A stretch of DNA of 64,000 nucleotides, from positions 85,562,001 to 85,626,000 of the forward strand of contig CM052817.1 of the NCBI GenBank assembly GCA_028534125.1, written 5' to 3'. Made by a program: the position numbers and the translations under genes. The notes beneath the pieces were generated by a model. The model was not told where the DNA came from and made no database searches. It saw only the letters and a list, made by a program, of their open reading frames with translations. Origin of the DNA: Lama glama. Taxonomy: Eukaryota. Shown one piece after another: positions 53,026-64,000 of this stretch. The first letter of the stretch is position 1; every line of letters begins with the position of its first letter.

Positions 53026-54714
53026 CCTCAGAGTACACGTCTTCATATCATGCATGTCAGTTAAAAAAAGGCAAGATGAGTCCAGCAATACATACCTCAA
53101 TTTAAAGAATGGATGTGCTAAAAAACATAAGTCTTATTACTTGGGAAACTTGGAATACCAGATAATAAGCGACCTGGTTGCTACTAACAACTAAAACAAA
53201 ATCCAAGCCAAGTTTCAGTCTTCCTCATTAAGACATAAGTGACATTAGAACAAATCAGCCAATATTTTTTAGACTGCACTACCTTATCTATTTAATCATC
53301 ATTTTGACAACATTAATGAAAGTAAGGAAAGAATCTAGCTCCAATATAGATGGGTGCTGTAGCATCAAAGTATTACATGCTCAGGCCTCAACATATACAC
53401 ATCAAAAATGTGTCATGTTCTGTTCTCTTGAATGAGAATCAGTTCCACCTGCTGAGGGCTAACTTTTATGTCTCACTATTCATCATTTGTTCCTTTGTAC
53501 TTACCAAACATGTTTTTATCACCATAAATCTTAAAGAGCTTAGTCAGTCAGTAAATCACTTATGGCTCAAGAAGCGTTCTCATATCTAATTCTGTTGCCA
53601 CTGACTTGGCTTAAAAATCAGATCTCATAAGATATAAATAATACCAGAGACATTTTCTGTTGAATATACATTTTTGGAAAGGTAAACCATTATTTTAATG
53701 AATGGATAATTGTTTTGCTTATACTTAAGTGTATGATCTTCATCAAACTTTTAATATTCTTTAAGCCTATTTCATCATGGTTATAATAATGCTGCTTACT
53801 TTATTGGGTTATTGTGAGGATTAAACTAGATAATATTAAGTCAGATCAGGAACATGCTCATAAATGTTAGTTATTATTAATCATTTATTTATGTTTCTAA
53901 TAGAAGACAAAATGATTAAGATTATCTAAACTCTTTCAGGGAGGATGCACAAAAGTAAAAAGGGAAATACAAATATAATTGAACAGTGGGATTTAAATGT
54001 TGACCCTGACTATTTAGAGCTATGTTAAGACGTGTGAGTAAAAAGTTTCAAACGAGAATTTTGGATATTAGAGGAGACATTTAAATCGAACTTAATTGGT
54101 AAGTTTTTTAATTAATAAAAACAAATAGTAACAAGTAAAACAGTGAATATATGTATCCTGAATTATTCTTAAGTTCTTTTCATATAAAAATAAATGAATG
54201 TTATGTAAAACTGAGATAGTAGTTGAGTTGAGTTGAATTACGTGGGCCATTCTTTCACATGGAAACATTATTCATCTTTGATTTTAACTAAATCCTCGTG
54301 AGAATTTGTCAGAAGTCTCAAAACACCTTGCCTGTCGTAATCCCTTATTACTGCTTCATTATGGATAACCAAGTCAGTGGGATAGCTCACCAGCATCTGT
54401 TTTGATTCCTTCCACATTTGTGTAACTGACTGAGCTATTCAAACTAACTTCATAAAGTTCTGTAGTTGGGTCTTAGTTTATTGATTAGCCTTATTCTCAG
54501 CAGCTCATGACATTTTAATACAAGGAGAGTAACGTACTTTTCTTTTTTGATACTTATTAACTCTGATTATTAAAAGAGATCTTTCAGCAAAACTTACTTA
54601 AAAGCAAAACCTCAAATTGTTTTATCAGTGCTTTGATGTAGCCTCTCCTGTTTTCTCTTTGTGTTTTAATTTGCATCATGAAAAAGTAAGTTATATTTAT
54701 CTTCTCAACAGTAG

Positions 54715-54945
54715 CCTATGAATGGTGAAAAGTGTGGACTGTGGTAACACACAGTTTGGGGTTTAGATACTGTCTTTGCTCTTCACTAGCCATGTGACCT
54801 TGGGCATATTTATTTACCTGTACAACGAGAATAATAATAATCTCTACCTGATTTAGTTACTATAAAAATAAATTATATAACAGTTAAAAGGCTCAGCATA
54901 GTGTTTAACATACAGTGAACACTCAACAAATGTTTGCCATTATAA
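54715..54945. mobile_element. MIR SINE
   Basis: gtggactgtgg...ctttgctcttcactagccatgtgaccttgggcatatt...ataataataatctctacctg...gctcagcatagtg...acagtgaacactcaacaaatg. Confidence 0.8.
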
Positions 54946-56173
54946 TTACTACTAATAGTAATAATGATAGTAATATTGGTGGCAATAGCAATAATAGTAA
55001 TGGTAGTAGTGATTTTGGTAGTAATCGTAGCAGTATAATTCTTTCACAGTTAGAAGCTCATGATTCTGAGCTTCTTGCAAAGTAATAATTTTCTACCTAA
55101 TTCTAGAATTTTAAATATTAAAAACTATGTTTTTAAATTATCAACAATTTCTAATGCTAATCTTTGAAATCTGAGAGCCTAAAATTTGAATGAGTATAAT
55201 ATTTTAGACAGCATAGAAAAGCAACCAAAATGTGTACTTTTTTGTGTATGGGTATACATATAGATTAATTGTGCATAAAAATTTGTGGTGCCATTTTTGT
55301 CCTTATAGATGATAAGTCCCTGAATAAAACTTTATTACATATTTGATGCTGTATTTTGTAACAAATCTTTTTTCCTAAACCAAGCAATTCATTTGATAAG
55401 CAACCACTGGAGTTGAAAAATGACACTTAGATTACATATCAAAGGCTCCAAGCTATACCTGTCTCTTCTGATATCAATGGATTCTTCTCTTTTTTTTAAT
55501 TGTTTTTAAGTGTAAACTCACCTTCTTCCATACTAAGTGTAATATATTAAAATAATCAAATGTAATGCTGTCATTGTTTCATGAGTAAACATCTCTATTA
55601 CAAATATTCTTGAGAGTTTCATCATATTAGATTTTCTGTTGAATCACAAAGTATATTTCAACTTAAAAATATAAATTCCAAGCTTGTTTAATTCTTCAAC
55701 ATCTTTCAGCAACTTAAAACAAATTCTTTATCCCTAGTGCCTTCTTTTTTGATGAATAGTAGAGCATAATTTTTGCTCTCTACCCCTTAACAGCTGTCTC
55801 GTGTTCTTTCCATCTCCACTCTAAGTTAAAACATAGTTATAAATCCTTTTAATGGGTGTACTGTAGCCTTGATTTTACATTCTAACCGAGATGTTTTATG
55901 GCATGTCTGGGAATACACACCTTTCCAAATTCTTTGCCAAATATTAATTAGTAATTTTATAGCATGGTTTCAAGGACTAAGGGAATACACTTTTAAAAGG
56001 AAATATTAAGGGGCCCCTGTCATCGTATTTTGGGTTTTAACTCTGCAAAGTGTACTAAATTGAGCATTACATTTTCACCCATAAGGAAGTAAGGAACATG
56101 TTGCGCTTCAGGCGAAACTTCAATAATAGCCTCTTCACTTGCATTCTTCTTCCACATCTATAAAATATTATCT

Positions 56174-56448
56174 CTCTCGTTTTTTTTTTTTTTTTGGTAG
56201 GAGACTCAACATTTTATTTTTTGAGGTTTTATTTAATTATTTTTTAATTGAAGCATAGTCAGTTACAGTGTTTCAATATATTTCAATATATTCAATATAT
56301 TCAATATTCAAACATATATTTGTTTTCATATTCTTTTTTATTAAAGGTTATTACAAGATATTGAATATAGTTCCCAGAGCTATACAGAAGAAATTTTTAA
56401 AATCTATTTTTATTTACAGTGACTGACATTTGCAATTTGCTCTCCTTT
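56174..56448 (-). mobile_element. Short L1 3' end with extra downstream segment and second poly(A) tail (probable 3' transduction)
   Basis: T16 at 56180-56195; unique 56196-56226 with tttatt at 56213-56218; L1 end aattgaagcatagtcagttaca...ggttattacaagatattgaatatagttccc; candidate TSD ctctcgttt/ctctccttt. Confidence 0.8.
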
Positions 56449-57099
56449 AAATCTGTCTTCAGACATTTTACCACCTAGCTCCAATGCACACCATTTTAGC
56501 AAAACTAAATTCATGTCACTAAAATAGCTCTGTCATAGTCAGTATATTTTGTGAGTGATCAGATTTTGTTTTGTTCCTTGAAATTCTCCCAGAATCTTAA
56601 CCTCCTCTTCCTCCCTTGTATATGATGTGGTCAGCTCCAAATTATTCTCCATTTTTCCTCAAGGAGGCCTTCCCCTTCCACCTGTGGAAGACCTGCTCTC
56701 TCTATTACTGGTTCACATAGAGCCGCACAGAGCTTTCATCAAATAACATAACTAGTATTTGTCTTTATCACTAGATTCTTAAGGCTAAGGGGAGAATAGG
56801 GAGATTCTTGATCATTTCTGCTCATATTGGAAATACCAGGAGTTAATGTAATACAGAGCTTATAGTAGCCACATTTATACAGGAGTGAATTGTATAAGTT
56901 CTTACATCACATCAAGAAATTTTTTACTGTCATTTTCCCTTTTATAATAATAAACTATCAGCATTCCTATAATAGCTGTGTTTAAAACTAATTCCTTAAA
57001 TCCACATTTGTGATAAGTGCTTTAAAAAACTATAATAGATACCTTCAACTTCACCTTGTATTATAAACCCACTATTCAATTGAATAAGATTCCGAGACC

Positions 57100-57530
57100 C
57101 TTTTTAACAGATTATGTTAAAAATATTCTTGATTCCTTTTTCTCCAAAATGTATTCCTTCTCTTGATTTTTCTATTTAAAGCAAATAGTATTTCTCTTTA
57201 GCCAGTCATGTGAAAAGTCTTAGAGTTACCATGTTTCACTCATGCTTTCTCTCATGTTTTCCATCCAATCCATCAGAAAATACTGTTGGCTTGCACTTAA
57301 AATACAGATACTTATGCACTTTCTTTAAACCTCTACCACAAATGCCCTACTTGAAGCAAGCCTTAAATCTCCCCTGGAGAATTGCTTAACTTTCTAACTC
57401 ATCAGATACTTCAAGCTCTCCCACCACCAATTCTTGATTCCCACACAGCAGTCAGAGCGAACCTTTTAAAACCTAAACCTGATTGTGTTACTTCTTTGCT
57501 CAAATCCCCATCACTCTTAAAATAAAATAC
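57100..57530 (+). mobile_element. Degraded L2 fragment
   Basis: catccaatccatcagaaaatactgttggct...cacacagcagtcagagcgaaccttttaaaacctaaacctgattgtgttacttctttgctcaaa. Confidence 0.7.
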
Positions 57531-58810
57531 ACTAATTGGCTTATACATTTTTGGATGGTCTTACACATAGGTGTGAGCACTAATTCTTTTTGTTGTTGTT
57601 TGTTGTTGTTGTTTTAGTTTGCAGAGAATTTAACATGATAAACATTCCATGAAAATGGTATGTTTAGATACTTGATGTAGCAAAAATAACTGTTCCATTC
57701 AATATAAGACATATAGTGTCACTTTGTATTTGAGTTTTCTTCTCTGATTCAGTTGTCTTTCCATTTAAATATTTCTCTTTTGAGAATGAAGTAAATTAAG
57801 AGATTACACACACAGTATTAGAAACATCGTGTCAGTTTATCACTGAGAAAGTTTCTGTCCACTTCACACTCTCACCTTCTGGTGTTTGTTTATGCCCTGG
57901 ATTCTTTTGAATTTTTCTCTGTCTTCTAGAACAATCTGTTTCAGGTTGTCTTTGCATAAGTTGAATGTTGTATGGTCCTAGAAGTGCCTGTTTTAATATA
58001 ATTATTTTATGTTCAGCAAAATGTTCTTCTTCCATGTATTACTGAGAAAGGGTCTTGAGTTGTTTTACACATTTATTTCCCAAAATATGTTACTTAAAAC
58101 AAGAGTTCTGAGAAATCAGAAGGGGTTATGTAAGCAAATTATTTCAGTGCATGTTACATTAAACAAAGTTAAATAAGTCATTTTACTGTAGGACTTTTCA
58201 GCTTCTTTGAAATACTAATATGCTGAAGAGTATGTCATAGTGTTGTGTACTTGTTTCACATCTTGATGAAATAGTATGCTTCCAAAGGCACTATTTGACT
58301 CAAAAGGCAACCATTGACAAAAGGTTAACAAAATGTTTAGAAATTTCAGCAAGAATCTGGGAAGACAAGAAAGACAAAACAAATATGGAACTGTGTTTGA
58401 TGGGCTTCTTCTGGTATTACTATGGTGAGGGCCTTCCACAGTCCCTCGGAAGTCAATCAAGATTCTATTTTTAGTCATTCAAATATTAAAATATTTTTCC
58501 CATTTAGCAAAACTGTATTTGCTTTAGCAGTTAGTTAATTCATGATTTATTATGAATATAAATAGAATATGAAATATAATAATATTGCTTTTATATTTTA
58601 CACATTGTGAAACTTTTCAAAGCAATATGCCATTTGTGCTATAGCATGAAGGTAATAAATGTTCATTTTTATATTCCAAATTCAGTGCTAATTTCAGTGG
58701 GTTTTTATCTTCCTCTGAAATAAAATAGAAAGATTTATGCTGATTATCACAGGATCCTAAAATAATGTTTTCTTAATCTAAAACTATAAAAGATTACTTA
58801 GCATAATAAG

Positions 58811-59200
58811 TGTTGTAGACTGAGTTGTGTTTCCTCCAAATTCATATTTTGAAATCCTAATACCTAAGGTGACTGTATTTGGAGATGGGTCTTTAAAAGG
58901 AGCCAGTTAAGATTAAATTAGGTCATAAGGGTGGGTCCATAGACCAATATGACTGGTATCCTTATAAAAAGAAGAGACACCAGAGATCTGTATCTCTTTG
59001 TACTTGCAGAGGTCCTTCCTGTAAAGACATGAGAGAATGTAGCCATCTGCATACCAGGAAGAAAGGCCTCACCAGATACCAATCGTGACAGCAATTTGAT
59101 CTTAGGGTTCTAGCTTCTGAAAGTGAGAGACAATAAATTTCTGTTGTTTAAGTCACTCAGCCTGTAGTATCTGTTATGACAGTGCTAGCTGATGAATGTA
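58811..59200 (+). mobile_element. MLT1A-like MaLR solo LTR
   Basis: tgttgtagactgagttgtgtttcctccaaattcata...gtgactgtatttggagatggg...ccaatatgactggtatccttata...aataaatttctgttgtttaagtcac. Confidence 0.85.
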
Positions 59201-60884
59201 AGTCATTCAGTTAATCAGTTATTTCAAATATTTGGTTAGAGATGGTCATTAAATTATAGTACCTTTTGGATAGATAAATATTCCATATTATGTTTCTTAG
59301 GTTTTCGTCAAAATGTACCCAAATTGCATAGTTATGTGTTCTTTTCATTTCACAAGTAGTAGGCTTCCTAAAAATGATCATACTGTCCTAATAAGTGCTG
59401 ATAGTTAAAAATACTGTATTTCCTTTTAAATTTTACCAATCCATAGTCCATAAAAAATATTGCTACATTGAAGAGTTTTTATCATTGACTGCAGTTCATA
59501 TAATGTGATTTTAAATACACTTATGCAAGAACAACTAATAACTAATAATTAAAAGAAATCACATGCAACTCTTGAAACAGTTTCTTAATTGCAACTCATT
59601 AAACAAAATTGCAGCATATTATCTCTATTATAATACCCAAAATAGAATTTTGTAATGGTCTTTCTGTCACTCTTCCATGCATTTTAGCATTAATTTATAC
59701 TATCTGATATTAAAGTAACTTCTACAATCAGGTAGGGTTTATGTTATAAATCATACAATCTAAATTGTTTTTGAAGCTCAGAACTTATTAGTAGGATAAT
59801 AGGATAATAGTTGAATTTTCAGTCAATATTAATAGCTCACTCAAGGTTATAAGAGCCAAATTAGGTGATTGCTGTTTCTATCATTTGCATAGTCTCTTTT
59901 AAATCAACTTTTATGTTTGTAATAATTCATTCCATAGTACTTTAATATGCTATATTGCTAAAAGAAAAAAAGTGATTCTACAAAAAAGTTACAAAAAAAA
60001 AATGCCATGCTAAAATGAGTCTGTATCTTCCATTAGAAGTAAATTCTCAGGCATTTAGATGGAAATCACACATATTCTGATAAACTCTATTTTGTGAGTT
60101 GGCTAGACTACTCTAAGTCTAGTAAACATATATTTAACCTACTATTTATCCTAAATACCAATAAAATTATGCAATGACTAAGAAAATTGTGGATTCACAT
60201 TTGTATGGGGAAGCCATTATTTCTTGTTGAGGTTATATGTGTTCTCACCATGTAAAGGCAATGTTGGCTGTTGAGAAAGTAATCAAGCCATTGAAAAGAC
60301 AGATTCCACCAAACCAAAAATGCAAATTTTGAATGAATTTTTAATTGTCTTTAAAGAGTTTAATAAGTAAAGAGCCAAAGTAACTCATATACACATAGAA
60401 AGGCAATCTTTGTCCACATTTTCTATCCCAGCTTATAATTTTCCTCAGGGTAGGGATCATATCTTTTAGTCTGTTTTATTGCAAATCTTAGCATGAGATA
60501 ACTGAAATCATCCTTAATGTGTACATTAATACTTTTGAAAAATCTAAGTGCAAGTTATAGCATGACATCACCATTTCATAATGTTTGATCTCTTTTGATT
60601 TTGTCTTCCACTTCTCCAAAGGAATAGGATCAATTTGATGCAAACTTTTCACTTATAATCCTTCCCACCTTAACACATACCTAATTTAAGCTGATCTTCA
60701 TGACAGAGGCTTGATTATGCAGATACATGTTCCTTGTCTTTTATCAATTCTTTGTATTCTAGGTTTCTGTTGCATGTATTTGTGTATGCACTTGCTAGAA
60801 AACCTACTTAGGTATCTTTCTTTGTATAAACAAACACTTAAAACAAATAAAAATAAATGTAAAACCCTGTCCCATCCCTTTCTG

Positions 60885-61281
60885 CCACTTAGTCAGTTTG
60901 AGCTGCTTTAATAGAATACCATAGACTGGGTGGCTTAAGTAACAAACATTAATTTCCTACAGTTCTGAAGTTTGGAGAGTCCAAGATTAAGGTGCTGACA
61001 GATCTGATGTCCTGTGAGGGCACTTTCTGCAGTTAGCAGATAGCCATCTTCTTGCTGTAACTTCACGTGTGGTGGAGGAGTGATGGGGTCGGGGGTGGTG
61101 GGGTTGGAGGGGAAAGAAAGAGAGCTCCTTCCTGATTCTTCTTATAAGGGCACTAGTCCCTGAAGACTTCACCCTTGTAACCTAATTACCTCCTGAAGGC
61201 CCATCTCCAAATACTGTCGCATTGAGGATCAAAGCTCTAATATATGAATTTTGAAGGGGATCAAAATTTCAGTCCATAGCA
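60885..61281 (-). mobile_element. MLT1A-like MaLR solo LTR
   Basis: cttagtcagtttgagctgc...aataccatagactgggtggctta...tccaagattaaggtgc...cttataagggcactagtccc...cagtccatagca. Confidence 0.85.
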
Positions 61282-61579
61282 AGACACATGGTAGGTATTC
61301 AGTAAGTATTTATTGAAGAAATCAGGAAATGAATATCAAAACCCTCACATTACTCCAAAATGCCAAATTCACATTTTCAAGCATGTGGAAGCTGCAATAA
61401 ATTTCAAATTCATGATGTATGGACTGACTTAGTTAATTTGAACACTTCCATTTGAAATTTTTGACTTCCTGAGTTGCAGGATATCCCATCTCAAACCATT
61501 TCATGGCTTGGTCAACCAAACCAAATTTGAGGTTACTGTTGCTTGAGATAGTACATTACTCATTTTGACCCCTCTTTTT

Positions 61580-62285
61580 GTCTCATCATCTTATCATTAT
61601 AAATTTGTGACTAAAATGCTATAAAATCTGTCAACCCATTATCATTTGATTCTACCTACTTTATTCATATCCACTGACAGAGTATTAAATCCAGCATCCT
61701 CTTCTCTCCCCTGGAATCTTATAAAAGCTAAATAACAGTTTTTACCCTTCTCAAATGTTTTCCCAGGTATTGCCAATTATTTCCTGCTTCAAGGAATTTA
61801 GTGACTTTTTATTGTTAACAGTAAGATAAAATATTTTAAATGACAATATATGACGCTTAATGTTTAACATTTAGGCCTCTCTAGATTTCCTGTCTCATCT
61901 CTTGCCACTCCTATTCTCAGTTCTTATTCTTGGCCCCAATAATTAGCAGAATTTATCTCTGCTTATGCGCCTACTGTTTCCTTTCTTGGAATGTCTTTTT
62001 TCCTATTCACCTAGAAAATTCTTAAGATCTCACTAAAATATTACTACTTTAGGAAACGCTTTCTGACTTCTCTAGATTTAGAACTCTTTTCTCTGATTTT
62101 AATAGGATTTTGCTTACATTCCCTTTACTCATTTCTTTGCAAGTCTATCTTCTTCAGAAACTGTTAGAAATAAGGCAAGGATTATGTCTTACTCATCTTT
62201 GTTTTGTTAGTGCCAAGCATTGTGTTTGGCACTTATACTGCACTCATAAAACATTGAGAGAATAAATAAATGTATGATGAATGAG
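61580..62285 (+). mobile_element. Degraded L2 3' region
   Basis: aggcaaggattatgtcttactcatctttg...tagtgccaagcattgtgtttggcac...cactcataaaacattg...aataaataaatgtatgatgaatga. Confidence 0.65.
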
Positions 62286-63174
62286 GAATGTGGCAGGGTC
62301 AGAGGATAAAATGTGAGATAAGAACTTGATAAGACATATTTTATTCTCAGGAGATTGTAAATATAATGTTGGAGGAATACAAAAATGATTTATGATCAAA
62401 TAAAAATAATGTAGTTATTTGGGTTGGAAGGAGGGTCAAAAGATTAATAATGTTTGATTTAAACTTCAACATGTATGTACAAAGGTATATCAGAATGGGA
62501 TTTAAAGTTTTATTTGAAGACAGTATTAAAGTCAGCATTCCTGGAAAACTTAGACAATGAAGGATAAATTGGATACTTCAAAATAATAAAATAAAAGAAT
62601 ATAATGGAATAAGTACTGGGAATATACATTGTTAATATTAAATGCCAGTTGTTTTTATGTGATCATTCATTTCAGGAAAACCAAATGATATTTACTTTTT
62701 GATCTTTACTTTCTCTAATGTCAGAATAGATCATGATTAATTAATATCTGAAAAGATATTTTTAATATCAATATTAGATTATGTCCAAATTTTGGCCTAC
62801 AGTTAAATGAGGAGAAACTATTATCACAGTGTCTCTCCAGTACTTTAATATATCCATATTACTATATGTCATCTCACGATTATTGTGATGAAATCACATT
62901 TAAAATACCTGAAGAATAATATCACTGAATATTAATATTATTTGTTGATAGAAAAGAATGCTCCAGGTACAAAATAATGAGTAAAATATACTGAAAGTTT
63001 AATTATATTACTCTTTAAATATTTTCTTAAAAAGTACAAATAAAAATTAAAACAAAGCAATATATATATGTGCATGTATATTTAAAGGGATAATATATAA
63101 ACAATTTTCAAAACAATAAAATGTAAATTGTAGTGTTAAGGGGTATATATCAAATGTATGAAATATTAGAATCA

Positions 63175-63392
63175 CATGTTAATAGTTTCAAATATATTGA
63201 TTCTCCACCTTTCTAACTGTAACTTTAAGGAAGTTACATCAGTTCTCTCAGGTTTCCTCTTAGTTAGATTGGGGACACTAATAGTAGGCATGTAATATGG
63301 GTGTAAAAGATAAAAGAGATGGTAATGAATATGAGATGCTTAGCCTGGTGCCTAGTTCACAATTGTAATAGTCGTTAACATTCTCATTATTC
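63175..63392. mobile_element. MIR SINE
   Basis: tctccacctttctaactgtaactttaaggaagttacatcagttctctcaggtttcctc...gatggtaatg...tgcttagcctggtgcctag. Confidence 0.65.
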
Positions 63393-64000
63393 CTGAACAG
63401 TATCTAGAAGAAACCCACCTTTAACAATACAGCTCTACTGGACTGAATTTTCATAATTTATATTAAGTAGTGAAAAGTGAATATTTTGGTCAAGCAAGTC
63501 CATTGGAAGTAATTTTAAATTGTAGTCATTATAAATATAATTCTTAAACTCTCTAGTATACACATAAATTATATACTTTGAACTTACTTATGTCTAAAGC
63601 AAGTAATAGTTGTAGATTAACAGCTTCAACAAACTTAGATGTTCTGGAATTTTCCTTTTTCACAACTACACTGAATGCCAATATATTAGAGTATATAAAC
63701 TGTGTTTTCAGGCCAAAAATTCATGATGGGGTCAGCACTGTCTAGTGTCAACCAGAATATATTTGATGTATGAAAGGACATAATTTATCTGAAAACTTTG
63801 GTGCAACATTTGAAATAAAAAGATTTATCATTTGTCATTTTTAAGTTATAATGACGCAGTTAACTCTCTTTACTTGCCTCAAAGGAGTTGTCACAAACGT
63901 ATTATTGCAGACGATACAGAGTCATCTGTATTTTTTGAAATAAGACTGCTCTGAAGATCCAGGTTGCAAGGACAACCTTATAGAGGACGCCAAGTTTGGA

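Noticed and set aside
1..64000. CpG-island promoter, tRNA/rRNA/snRNA genes, numt, or prokaryotic/phage systems
   Set aside because: None recognised by eye; CpG is depleted throughout and there are no long ORFs. A covariance-model search could still reveal small ncRNAs

Overview
AT-rich, CpG-depleted mammalian genomic DNA (gene desert or deep intron) with two assembly gaps (100 N at 12309-12408; 500 N at 50097-50596). I cannot support an intact protein-coding gene, RNA gene or CRISPR array. The protein-like ORFs in the track are broken LINE-1 ORF2 or ERVL pol pieces. The window is a layered transposon record: ancient L2, MIR, hAT (MER5B, MER53) and MaLR (MLT1) elements; old L1M copies; a decayed ERVL provirus (LTR16-like LTR plus RNase H/integrase/dUTPase remnants); several ERV1-type solo LTRs, some nested; and younger cetartiodactyl-type L1s. 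One L1 3' end looks camelid-like, and I saw no Alu, B1, Bov-A/BovB, PRE or CHR SINEs, so a camelid source is plausible (inference). The most informative observations are retrotransposition footprints: three twin-priming 5' inversions, a 73-bp L1 insertion with a perfect 16-bp TSD, a probable L1 3' transduction, and an unidentified ~200-bp GC-rich retrocopy with poly(A) signal and TSD. There is also one candidate minus-strand exon. I found no evidence of a genuinely novel biological system. Repeat family names are recalled from consensus sequences, boundaries without a TSD are approximate, and all need Dfam/RepeatMasker confirmation.
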